NCBI GenBank assembly: GCA_963807405.1
Contig: CAWEBU010000006.1
Span: 1,726,527-1,790,526, forward strand
Direction of reading: 5' to 3'
DNA length: 64,000 nucleotides
Source: an uncultured Acidobacteriota bacterium
GTDB taxonomy: Bacteria; Acidobacteriota; Vicinamibacteria; Vicinamibacterales; UBA2999
Shown: piece by piece, positions 7,897-17,819 of the stretch
Position numbering within the stretch: the first letter of the stretch is position 1
Layout: each line of letters starts with the position of its first letter
Position numbers and translations under genes: made by a program
The notes under the pieces: generated by a model
Database searches by the model: none
The model's input: the letters and a program-made list of their open reading frames with translations, nothing else
Told to the model about the DNA's origin: nothing

Positions 7897-10407
7897 CTAG
7901 TGTCGCCGCGCCTCTTCCGTGTTCGTTGGCGCGGCGGTCCGAATGATGCTCTTCTGGAACGGATCGCTCGCCACCACGCCCTGCACGAACGCCGCAACCT
8001 TGTAGTCCTGCCGGGCCGCGGTCCGGATGATGGCCCGGACGGCCGGCATGTCCGAGGCCTCGATGCGGCGGCCGAGGGCATAGGTCATCAGGTGCTCGGT
8101 GAAGCTGAGGAGAAACGCGTCCTTGTGCTTGATGAGGGCGCTGCGCAGGCCGCCGGCTCCCTCCATCCTGGTGCCGTCGTAGAGGTCGCCCACGGCATCG
8201 ACCGGCACGCCGCTGTCCTTGATCCGGTAGCGGCCGGTGGCGTCGAAGTGCTCGAGCGCGAGGCCCAGCGGATCGATCACCTTGTGGCACGACATGCAGG
8301 CCGGGTTGCTGCGGTGGGTCTCCATGCGCTCGCGCACCGACAGCACCTTGCCGGCGCTGGTGCCCTGCGTCTCTTCGAGCGTCGGGACATTGGGCGGCGG
8401 CGCCGGCGGCGGCGAGCCGAGCAGCACCTCCATGATCCACTTGCCCCGTTGCACCGGCGACGTGCGGTCGGCAATCGACGTCAGGGTCAGCACGCTGCCG
8501 TGGCCGAGGATGCCGCGGCGCTCGGCCGGCAGCGCCACGCGCCGGAACCGGTTGCCGATGACGCCGCCCACGCCGTAGTGCCGCGCCACGCGTTCGTTGG
8601 CGTAGGTGTAATCGGCGGTCAGCAGATCGAGCACGCTCTTGTTCTCGCGGACCAGGCTGGCCACGAACAGCTCGGTTTCGGTGTGCAGCGCGTCGGCCAG
8701 CGTGCGGTCGTAGTAGGGATAGAGGATCGGATCCGGCGAGACGTCGTCGAGGTCCTGCAGGCGCAGCCACTGCGACGCGAAGCGGGTCGACAACGCTTCG
8801 GCGCGTTCATCCGCGAGCATCCGGGAGGCCTGGGCGGCGAGCGCGCCGGGCGCGCTCAGGCGCCCCTGTCCGGCCAGGGTCTGCAGCGTCTTGTCGGGGG
8901 CCGCCCCCCAGATGAAATAGGACAGGCGCGACGCCAGTTCGGCGTCGCCCAGCCGATAGGGCTGGCCCGGCCGCGCCGTGGCCGGCGTGTCTTCGAGGCG
9001 GAACAGGAACTGCGGGCTGGCCAGGATCGCCTCGACCGCCTTGGTGATGCCCTTCTCGAACGAGTCGCCGTCCTTGCCGGCCTCGTAGAAGCGCATCAGC
9101 CGGTCGGTCTCGCGGTCGCTCGGCGCGCGGCGGAAGGCCTGGGTGGCGAGGCCCCGTACGATCGAGGAGGCGCAGGCGGGCTCATCATCCGCGCTGGTCG
9201 GCCGGCAGGTGAAGATCTTGCGGCGGCTGACCGTGTCCGACACGCCGGTCACCCGGTGCGGACCGACGACGGCGAGGTTGCGCAGGTGCGGCAGCGTCGT
9301 GATGCCGACCGCGATCCCGATCTCGGTATCGGCCATCGTGTGGTCGATGGGCGCCACCAGGTCGTTGACCGGGCCCTCGAAGCGCTGCAGGAACGCCGCC
9401 GTCACCCGCTGCGGGCCGGCCTGCACGTAGATCGGCGTCGTCTTGAGCGACAGACTCGACGTCGTCTCGTTCATCCGATGATCGATGGCGAAGATCGCGG
9501 CGCGTTCGCCGTTGATCGAGACCTCGATCTGCTCGCCCCGGGCCGTGTTGCCGAACAGCATCCCGAGCGGCTCGGCGAAGAAGTCCATGCGGAAGGTGTA
9601 CTCGCCGTCGGCCGGGAAGGTGTGAACGACCGAGAGGCCGCCGCGGGTGCCGAGCGGCGCGCCCGCGGCGCGGGCCAGCTGCGAGGCGGTCTTCGGCAGG
9701 CTGTAGGTCGACTCGCCGGCGGCGCTGTCGGGGTCGCCCACGGCCAGGGCGGTGACGCGGCTGGCCGCGCGCAGATAGCCTTCGAGCAGGGCTGGCGAGA
9801 ACGCCTGCGCGTCGGCCACGTTGTCGAAGCCCTGGCTGATGGTGTCGGGCGGCAGGAGCGGCGCGACGTCCACCTCGACTCCCAGCAGGTCGTTGACGGC
9901 GCGCGCGTACTCGGCGCGGTTCAGGCGCTGGAACGGGCGCCAGCCCGGATCGGGATTGGCGGCCGCGTGCTCGTCCATCCGCGCTTCGAGCGCGCCGACG
10001 AGCGTGTCGAGGGCCCCGTCCGGTGGACGCTTCGCCCCGGCTGGCGGCATCATGCCGGCGCGCAGCTTGCGCACCATCTTCTCGACGACCTCGGGCGACT
10101 CCTGCGCCCGCATCGCGTTGAAGCCGGCCAGCGACAGGCCGCCGGCCTTGGCACGCTCGCTATGGCAGCCACTGCAGTAGGTGGCGACCATCTCGGTCTG
10201 GGCCGCCGGACTCAGTGCGGGAGCGGCCGCCGTCGCCGTCGTGCGCGGTGCGACGATCCGGGCCGGACCAGCCACGGCCGTGCCACGCGGCGCGGCACTG
10301 GCGGCGGGCGTGGTTTGCGGGACAGGACCACCCGCGGCTGCGAGTCCTGCGACTGCCAGCCCTGCTGCCGCGGCGGCCGCCAGGGCCACCGTCACGCTCC
10401 GATGCAT
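7897..10407 (-). CDS. Multi-domain c-type cytochrome (PSD / DUF1592 type), module C
   Basis: ATG at 10407..10405 (MHRSVTVALAAAAAAGLAV...), in frame with the 3' part of the 1260-aa track ORF. CSGCH haem motif, QRLNRAEYA block and NPACMSCHKVIDPLGLALEHFD. Confidence 0.85.
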   Translation of the reverse strand: MHRSVTVALAAAAAAGLAVAGLAAAGGPVPQTTPAASAAPRGTAVAGPARIVAPRTTATAAAPALSPAAQTEMVATYCSGCHSERAKAGGLSLAGFNAMRAQESPEVVEKMVRKLRAGMMPPAGAKRPPDGALDTLVGALEARMDEHAAANPDPGWRPFQRLNRAEYARAVNDLLGVEVDVAPLLPPDTISQGFDNVADAQAFSPALLEGYLRAASRVTALAVGDPDSAAGESTYSLPKTASQLARAAGAPLGTRGGLSVVHTFPADGEYTFRMDFFAEPLGMLFGNTARGEQIEVSINGERAAIFAIDHRMNETTSSLSLKTTPIYVQAGPQRVTAAFLQRFEGPVNDLVAPIDHTMADTEIGIAVGITTLPHLRNLAVVGPHRVTGVSDTVSRRKIFTCRPTSADDEPACASSIVRGLATQAFRRAPSDRETDRLMRFYEAGKDGDSFEKGITKAVEAILASPQFLFRLEDTPATARPGQPYRLGDAELASRLSYFIWGAAPDKTLQTLAGQGRLSAPGALAAQASRMLADERAEALSTRFASQWLRLQDLDDVSPDPILYPYYDRTLADALHTETELFVASLVRENKSVLDLLTADYTYANERVARHYGVGGVIGNRFRRVALPAERRGILGHGSVLTLTSIADRTSPVQRGKWIMEVLLGSPPPAPPPNVPTLEETQGTSAGKVLSVRERMETHRSNPACMSCHKVIDPLGLALEHFDATGRYRIKDSGVPVDAVGDLYDGTRMEGAGGLRSALIKHKDAFLLSFTEHLMTYALGRRIEASDMPAVRAIIRTAARQDYKVAAFVQGVVASDPFQKSIIRTAAPTNTEEARRH

Positions 10408-10478
10408 GCGTTTCGCCTCCGCGGACGTGCCACGTGTGCCGCCGCCCCGAGCCCCGGAACCCGGTTCCCGGGCCCCGC

Positions 10479-11879
10479 CTAGATTGCCGTCGTCGCGGGC
10501 GCCCGGTTCAAATCCATCGCGCCCGTGCTGTCGCCGAACGAGGTGAAGTCGTTCAGGCCGAGCATGTGCATCACGCTCAGCATCGCGTTCGCCATCGGGG
10601 TGCCGTCGGCCGCCTTGATGTGCATGTTGCCCTTCAGCTGGCCACCGGCATGACCGGCCAGGAACAATGGGCAGCGCTTGTGGTTGTGCACGTTGGAGTT
10701 GCCCATCGGCGATCCGTAGAGCACGAGCGTGTTGTCGAGCAGGTTGCGCTCGCCGTCGGGCGTGTTCTTCAGCTTGTTCAGGAAGTAGGGGATCATCCCG
10801 ATGTGGTACAGGTTGATCTTCTGGAAGTCGCGGATGCGCTCGTCCCGGTCCTGATGGTGTGAAGCCGAGTGGAAGGCCGTCTTCACGCCGCTGTCGCTGA
10901 AGACGCGGTTGCTGGCGTCGCGGCCGAGCTTGAACGAGAACACCCGCGTGATGTCGCTGGCGAAGGCAATCGCCTGCAGATCGAACATCAGCTTGATGTG
11001 CTCCTCGAACGAGTCGGGCACGCCAACCGGCGCGCCGGGCAGCGCCCGCTCGTCGCCGCTGCTGTTGAACGACTCGGTCTTCTGGATGCGCCGTTCGATC
11101 TCGCGCACGTCCTCGAGATAGTCGCCGAGCCGGGCCTGGTCGGCCGCGCCCAGTTCCCGCTTGAGGCGCGACACGTCGGACGTGATCCAGTCGAGGATGC
11201 TCCTGTCCTCGGCACGGCGTTCGGCCCGCGCCTGCGGCGTGGCGCCCACGCCGAACAGCTGGTCGAAGGCCACCCGCGGATCGCGGATCATCGGCATCGG
11301 GTCGGTCGGCGACGACCAGCTGATGGTGTCGGTGTAGACGCACGAGTAGCCGTAGGAGCAGCCGCCGGCGGCATCGACGTTCTCGATGCAGAACTGCATC
11401 GACGGAATCGGCGTGTCCTGCCCGAACTTCTGGGCGTAGTACTGGTCGAGCGAGGTGCCGACGCGGACGTCGGAGCTCTGGGTCTGCTTCGGATGGAGCT
11501 GGGTGAGGAACACCGCGCTCGAGCGGAAGTGATCGCCGCCGATCTCCGGCAGCTCGAAGGCTTCGGCGTTCTTGACGTCGGTGTTGCTGATGATCGTCAG
11601 GTAGTCGCGCAGCGGGTCGAGCGGCTTGAGCGCCGACGGCGACAGGTCGAAACCATTGCCGGTGGCGGCCGGTGCCCACATGTTCTGCTCGATGCCGAAG
11701 GCGGTGCTGCCGGCCGAGCCGTGCACCATCTCGATGCAGGCGAGCCGCACCTTGCCGGCGGCCGTCTGGGCCAGCGCCGTGCGCGCCGGCACCATCGCCT
11801 CGAGGAACGGCAGGGCCACGGTGACACCGAGGCCCTTCAGGGCAGCGCGCCTGGACAAGTGCTTCTGGGTGATGAACAT
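10479..11879 (-). CDS. Tat-signal HXXSHH / DUF1552 family protein, module B
   Basis: 466-aa ORF. Leader KHLSRRAALKGLGVTVALPFLEAMVP. Motifs FHSASHH and NVHNHKRCPLFLAGHAGG. Confidence 0.85.
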   Translation of the reverse strand: MFITQKHLSRRAALKGLGVTVALPFLEAMVPARTALAQTAAGKVRLACIEMVHGSAGSTAFGIEQNMWAPAATGNGFDLSPSALKPLDPLRDYLTIISNTDVKNAEAFELPEIGGDHFRSSAVFLTQLHPKQTQSSDVRVGTSLDQYYAQKFGQDTPIPSMQFCIENVDAAGGCSYGYSCVYTDTISWSSPTDPMPMIRDPRVAFDQLFGVGATPQARAERRAEDRSILDWITSDVSRLKRELGAADQARLGDYLEDVREIERRIQKTESFNSSGDERALPGAPVGVPDSFEEHIKLMFDLQAIAFASDITRVFSFKLGRDASNRVFSDSGVKTAFHSASHHQDRDERIRDFQKINLYHIGMIPYFLNKLKNTPDGERNLLDNTLVLYGSPMGNSNVHNHKRCPLFLAGHAGGQLKGNMHIKAADGTPMANAMLSVMHMLGLNDFTSFGDSTGAMDLNRAPATTAI

Positions 11880-11981
11880 CGTGTCTCCGTCTCCGGCTGA
11901 TCCTACGGTATTTTCGCCCCGTTGTGGGCCACGCCCCGGGCGAGTCTCATTCGGCGCCAGCCCCGCGGGCCGGCGTCACCA

Positions 11982-14552
11982 TCAGTGTCGCGCCGCCGGC
12001 GCCGTCGCGGTCGTGTCCGGCGCGTCGATGCGGCTCATGCGGAACGCCTGGCTGGCCACGATGCCCTGCAGGAACGACTGCACCTTGTAGTCGTCGGCCG
12101 CCGCGGTCTGGATGATCTCGCGGATCGTCGGCATGTCGTAGGACTCGATACGGCGCCCGATCGCGTAGGTCATGAGGTGCTCGGTGAAGCTGAGCAGCAC
12201 CGCGTCCTTGTGGCGCAGCAGCGCGCTCCGCAGGCCGGCCGGTCCATCGAGCCTGGTGCCGTCGTAGAGGTCGCCCACCGGGTCGACCCCCACTTCGTTG
12301 TCCTTGATGCGCCAGGCGCCGGTGACGTCGAAGTTCTCGAGCGCCAGGCCGAGCGGGTCGATCACCTTGTGACACGACATGCACGCCGGGTTGGCCCGGT
12401 GCTGTTCCATGCGCTCCCGCACCGACAGGGTGCGGCCGCCGGCCGTGCCCTTGGTGTCGTCGAGGGCCGGGACGTTGGGTGGCGGCGCCGGCGGCGGCGA
12501 GCCGAGCAGCACTTCCATGATCCACTTGCCGCGCAGCACCGGCGACGTCCGGTCGGCGATCGAGGTGAGCGCCAGCACGCTGCCGTGACCGAGGATGCCG
12601 CGGCGATTCGGGTCGGTGACGGCCACCCGGCGGAACGCGTTGCCGGTCACGTTCGGCAGCCCGTAGTGAATCGCCACCCGCTCGTTCACGAACGTGTAGT
12701 CGCTGTCGAGCAGCTCGAGCACGCTACGGTTCTCCCGCATCAGGCTGTCGACGAAGAGCTCGGTTTCGCGCCGCAGTCCCCGCGCCAGCGTGTCGTCGTA
12801 GTCGGGATACTGCAGGTAGTCGGGAATCAGCTTGTCGAGGTCCTGCAGGCGCAGCCACTGCGCCGCGAAGCGGGTCGACAGCGCCTCGGACCTGCGGTCG
12901 GCGAGCATCCGCTCGACCTGCTGACGCAGGGCCGCCGGCGTGCGCAGCTGGCCGGCCGCCGCCGCCTTCAGCAGTGCGGCATCCGGCACCGTGCCCCACA
13001 GGAAGAACGACAGCCGGGACGCCAGGTCCTGGTCGTTCAGGCGGAACGGCTGGCCGGCACGCATCGTGGCCGGCACTTCTTCCAGGCGGAACACGAAGCG
13101 CGGGCTGGCGAGAATCGCCTGCAGCGTGTAGCGGATGGCCTGCTCGAAGTCGCCCTTGGTACGCCCTTCGGCGTAGAACCCCATCAGCGTGTCGAGCTCG
13201 GCCTGCGGCAGCGGGCCGCGGAACGCGCGCGTCGCCAGCGCGGTGACGATCTCGCTGGCACACACCGGCTCCTCGGCCGCCGTGGTCGGACGGCAGCTGA
13301 AGATGCGGCGCCGGCTCACCGAGTCCGACACGCCGGTCACGGTGTAGGGGCCGTTGACGGTCATGTCGCGCAGGTGCGGCAGCAGCGTCACCCCGAAGCT
13401 CATGCTGACGTCGGCCAGCGTGTTCTCGGCCGGCACGAGCAGGTCGTCTATCGGCGCCTCGAACTTGCGGATGAAGGCCGCCGACAGCTTGTGCGGACCG
13501 GCCTTGACGTGGATGCGCACCGTCTTCGGATCGAGGCTGTTCACGGGATCCGATTCGCTCATCCGCTCGTTCAGGGGAATGACCGCCACGCGCTCGCCGT
13601 CGATGGCGACGTCGATCTCTTCCTTGATGTTCATGACGCTCATCGTCGAGCGCCCGTAGAGGCCGCCGAGCGGCTCGTTGTGCAGGTTCACGCCGATGAC
13701 GTAGTCGCCGTCGGCCGGGAAGATGTGCGTGACGACGATGCCGCCGCGAGTGCCGAGCGGCGCCCCTTCGACCTGGCGCATCTGCGACATCGTGCGGCCC
13801 ACCTTGTAGGTGACGGCCGCCGGGGTGGCGTCGCGGTCACCGACCGCCAGACGGCTGATCTGGCTGGCGGCGCGCATGTAGCCCTCGAGCATCGTCGGCG
13901 ACATGCCCTGGACATCGGCGACGTTGTCGAAGCCGTGGCTCATCGTGTCGGCCGGCAGGAAGGCCGCGACGTCGACCTCGATGCCGAGCAGGTCGCGCAC
14001 CGAGCGCGCGTACTCGGCGCGGTTCAGGCGCTGGAACGGCCGCCGGCCCGGGTTGGGATTGGTCGCCGCGTGCTCGTCCATGCGCGACTCGAGCGCCGTC
14101 ATCAGCTGGTCGAGGGACGCGGCATCGGGACGGCGGGCGCCGGCCGGCGGCATCATGCCCGCGCGCAGCTTGCGGATGATCTTCTCGACCACCTCCGGCT
14201 GCTCCTGCGCGCGCATGGCGTTGAAGCCGGCAAGCGACAGCCCGCCGGCCTTGCCCACGGTCACTGTGACAGGTGGCGCAGTAGGTGGCGACGAGCTCGG
14301 TCTGTCCGGCCGCCGGGAGCGGCGCGCTGTCCTGGCCGTGCGACGACGCCGGCGCGGGCGGCCGCGCCTTGGCGCGCGTCGGCGGCCGCACCTTGGCGCG
14401 CGGCGGCGGACCGGGTCTGTCACCGGTGCGGCCGTCGAGACGGCACGCGCCGCCGGCGGCGCCTGGGCGGCACTCACCGCCAGCCCGAGGGCCAGCGCCG
14501 CGATGCCCGTTGCTGTCGCTGTTGCTCGTCGTGTCGTCATGACTCGTCGCAT
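11982..14552 (-). pseudogene. Multi-domain c-type cytochrome (PSD type), module B; N-terminal haem motif lies out of frame between two frameshifts
   Basis: The long ORF frame carries the signal peptide (MRRVMTTRRATATATGIAALALGLAVSAAQA) and everything from KAGGLSLAGFNAM onward. The segment ...TELVATYCATCHSDRG is only readable in another frame (track ORF 13837..14391). An extra base near 14253 and a second shift near 14400-14415 are implied. The C-terminal CMSCH motif is intact. Confidence 0.7.
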
Positions 14553-14587
14553 GCCGTTCCGCTGTCGTGCGGCCGCCCGTGCGGCTC

Positions 14588-16365
14588 CTAGCACGACACG
14601 CACTTGTGATTGTTCTTCGACCCGAGCTTCTCGAGCAGCTGCAGCGCCTCCGGATACGGCTGCGTGCGCTGCACCGGGCCGTTGGCCATGTCGGCCGTCG
14701 ACTGCCCCTCGCGGTTGATCCGCTTGACGTCGGCGCCCTTGGACACCAGGTACTCGATCATCGCGACGTCGCCGCGGGCCGCCGCCTGGTGCAACGCGGT
14801 GTTGCCTTCGTGATCGGCCGCGTTGACGTCGGCGCCGAGCTCCTCGACCAGGTATTTGACCGCCGTCATCATGCCGGTCGGCGCGTAGCGATGCGAGTTG
14901 GCCGCGAAGCCCTCGCCGTAGCCGACGCCGGCGGCCGCCTGCAGCGGAGTGACGCCCGGGCCACCCACCGGCAGGGCCGGCAGCCCTGAGGTGTCGCCGC
15001 CATCACGCACGCCGGCGTCGCCGACGCGCGGACGGCCGGCCGGCTTGGTGGTCGGAATGGAGGGATCGGCACCGGCCGCGACCAGCATCTTCATCGCGTC
15101 GATGTCCGAGGCGTAGGCCGCGCGCCAGAACGGCGTGGCGCCGATCTCGTCCACGCCCGAGAGGTCGAAGTTGTAGCCCGAGTACCACACCTTGTACTTG
15201 ACCCGGGCATTCGGGTCGGCGCCCTTGTCGATGAGGGCCTGCAGGGTGTCGAGATAGCTGGCCTTCTGCTGCAGGTAGGAGCGCGGCTGCGGATACAACG
15301 CCTTCGGTGCCCACTGCACGTTGAGCACGGCGTAGAGCGGCGTCACGCCGTTGTGGCTGGCCGCGTTCGGGTTGGCGCCCTTCTCGAGCATGAAGAGAGC
15401 CACGTCGAAGTGGCCGTTGGCGATCGCCAGCACCAGCGGACTCGTCTGATCGCCGCCGCTGACCTGATTGATGTCGGCGCCTGCATCGAGCAGCACCTTG
15501 ACGGCGTCCATCGAGCCCTGACGGGCGGCGAACAGCAGCGGCGTCATGCCGCCCTGCCAGCCCACGAGTTCGTTGTAGCGGAAGTTGCGGTCGATGCCCG
15601 CCTTGCCCTGCGGGGGGCCGCGGCGACCGCCCGCCGGTGCGGCGGCCGGAGCGGCAGCGGCGGCGGGGCGGCGGCCGGCGCGCCGGCGCGCGGCTCCGCG
15701 GCCTGGCCCTGCTGCTGTTGCTGCTGCTGGCGGAAGAACTCCTCTTCGGGCGACGTCAGGGCCGCCAGGTTGACCACCTTCGACGACGCCTTCACGCTGG
15801 CCCCGGCGGCGATCAGCGCCTGCATGACCTCGACGCGGTTGTTGGCGGCCGCGAACATCAGCGGCGTCTGCTCCATCGAGGACTCCTTCGCCTCGATGTC
15901 CGCGCCGCCCGCGATCAGCGCCTTCACGGCCTCGACGCTGCCGGACGCGGCGGCCAGCATCAGCGGCGTGGTGCCGGTCGAGGTCGCCAGCGTGGCGTCG
16001 GCACCGGCCTCGAGCAGCAGCTTCACGACCGGGGCGTGCCCGTTGCGCGCCGCGATGACCAGCGGCGTGTTGCCGCCGAGGCGGGTCGTCGCCTTGACGT
16101 TGCCACCGGCGTAGACGAGCATCTGCGCCAGCTCGGCATCGTTCTTGAGCGCCGCCCAGTGCAGCGCCGTCGTGCCGTCGCCCTGTGCGGCGTTGACGTC
16201 GTTGCCCTGCTGCAACAGCGTCTTCACCGCGGCGCGGTCACCGGCCATCGCCGCATCCGCCACCGGCGCGGCCGACTGGGCGCCGAGCGCCACGGTGAAG
16301 GCCAGCGCGGCCACGCCCACCAGGGCGGCACCACGCGTCACTGCATATCCGAATCGAAGCTGCAT
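14588..16365 (-). pseudogene. Exported ankyrin-repeat protein, module A, frameshifted in the low-complexity linker (pseudogene or homopolymer error)
   Basis: The N-terminal ORF 15544..16365 (signal peptide, ANK repeats, QQQQQQ linker) and the C-terminal ORF 14588..15565 (ending NNHKCVSC) are in different frames. Adding one base to the G6 run at 15612..15617 restores ...PPQGKAGIDRNFRYNELVGWQGG... Confidence 0.7.
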
Positions 16366-17792
16366 TGCCGTGTCTCCCTGAAGGCTAGAGGGCCGCGGTC
16401 GCCGACGGCGCCGCGTTCAGAATCGGTCACGCCCGTGCTGTCGCCGAACGTGGTCGTATCGGACAGTCCGAGCAGGTGCATCGCGCCGAGCAGCGGGTTC
16501 GCCATCGGCGTCCCGTCGGCCGTCTTGATGTGGAGGCCGCCCTTGAGGCGGCCGCCGGCGTGTCCGGCGAAGAACAGCGGGCAGCGCTTGTGGTTGTGGA
16601 CGTTCGAGTTGCCCATCGGCGAGCCGTAGATGATGAGCGTGTTGTCGAGCAGGTTGCCGTCGCCCTCGGGCGTGTTCTTCAGCTTGTCGAGGAAGTACGG
16701 CAGCTGGGCGACGTGGTAGGTGTTGATCTTCTGGAACTCGCGGATGCGGTCCTCGCGATCCTGGTGATGCGACGCCGGGTGGAAGCCCGCATCGAGCCGC
16801 TCTCCGGATACGCGCGGCTCGAGCCGTCGCGTCCCATCTTGAACGAGAACACGCGCGTGATGTCGCTCGCGAACGCCACCGCCTGCAGGTCGAACATCAG
16901 GCTGCACGTGCTCGCCGAAGGAGTCCGGCACGCCGACGGGCGCGCCCGGCAGTTCGCGCGGATCGCCGCTCGAGTTCGAGGCCTCGATCTTCTGGATGCG
17001 GCGCTCGATCTCCCGCACGTCGTCGAGGTACTCGCCGAGCCGGGCCTGGTCGGCCGGGCCGAGATCCCGGCGCAGCCGGGCCACCTCGCCGGTGATGAAG
17101 TCGAGGATGCTCCGGTCACGCTGGCGGCGGGTCGCCCGTTCGGCCGGCGTGCCGCCGACGCCGAACAGCTGATCGAAGGCGGCGCGCGGATCGCGGATCA
17201 TCGGCAGCGGCTCGTCCGGCGAGGCCCAGCTGACGGTGTCGGTGTAGACGCAGGAGTAGCCGTAGGCGCAGCCGCCGGCCTGGTCGATGCTCTCGATGCA
17301 CAGCTGCATCGACGGAATGGGCGTCTCGTGGCCGACCTTCTGGGCGTAGAACTGGTCGAGCGAGGTGCCGGCCAGCACGTCGCTGCCCTGCGTCTGCTTG
17401 GGATGGCTCTGGGTGAGGAACACGGCGCTCGAGCGGAAGTGGTCGCCGCCGATCTCCGGCAGCTCGAACGCCTCCGCGTTGCGGACGTCGGTGTTGCTGA
17501 CGATGGTCAGGTGGTCGCGGAACGACTCGAGCGGCGCCAGGCTGGTCGGCGCGAGATCGAAGTCACGGCCGGTGGCCGCCGGCGACCACATGTTCTTCTC
17601 CAGGCCGATGGCCGTCGCGCCCGCCGAGCCGTGCACCATCTCGATGGCGGCGAGGCGGACCTTGCCGGCCGCGGTCTGGGCCAGCGCCGTGCGCGCCGGC
17701 ACCATCGCTTCGAGCAGCGGCAGCGCGATGGTGACGCCCAGCCCCTTGAGGGCCGTGCGGCGCGAGAGGTGCTTCTGGGTGATGAACATCAT
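16338..17792 (-). pseudogene. HXXSHH / DUF1552 family protein, module A, with a compensated internal frameshift pair and a C-terminal indel
   Basis: The ORF stays open (484 aa). About 36 codons (about 16795..16904) read QPDVRPAGGGVRERHH... instead of the family sequence LMFDLQAVAFASDITRVFSFKMGRD, which is present in another frame (track ORF 16679..17119). An extra base near 16421 replaces the family C-terminus and moves the stop from 16385 to 16338. Confidence 0.7.
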
Positions 17793-17819
17793 CGGACTCC
17801 TATGGCGGACGTCGAAGCG

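Noticed and set aside
14413-14425. A 13-nt match (gggtctgtcaccg) between the PSD-B N-terminal region and the palindrome unit at 25245..25384, near the inferred frameshift site.
   Set aside because: A single 13-mer match in a GC-biased 64-kb window could be chance. There is no flanking similarity or target duplication. Noted only as something a genome-wide repeat search would settle.
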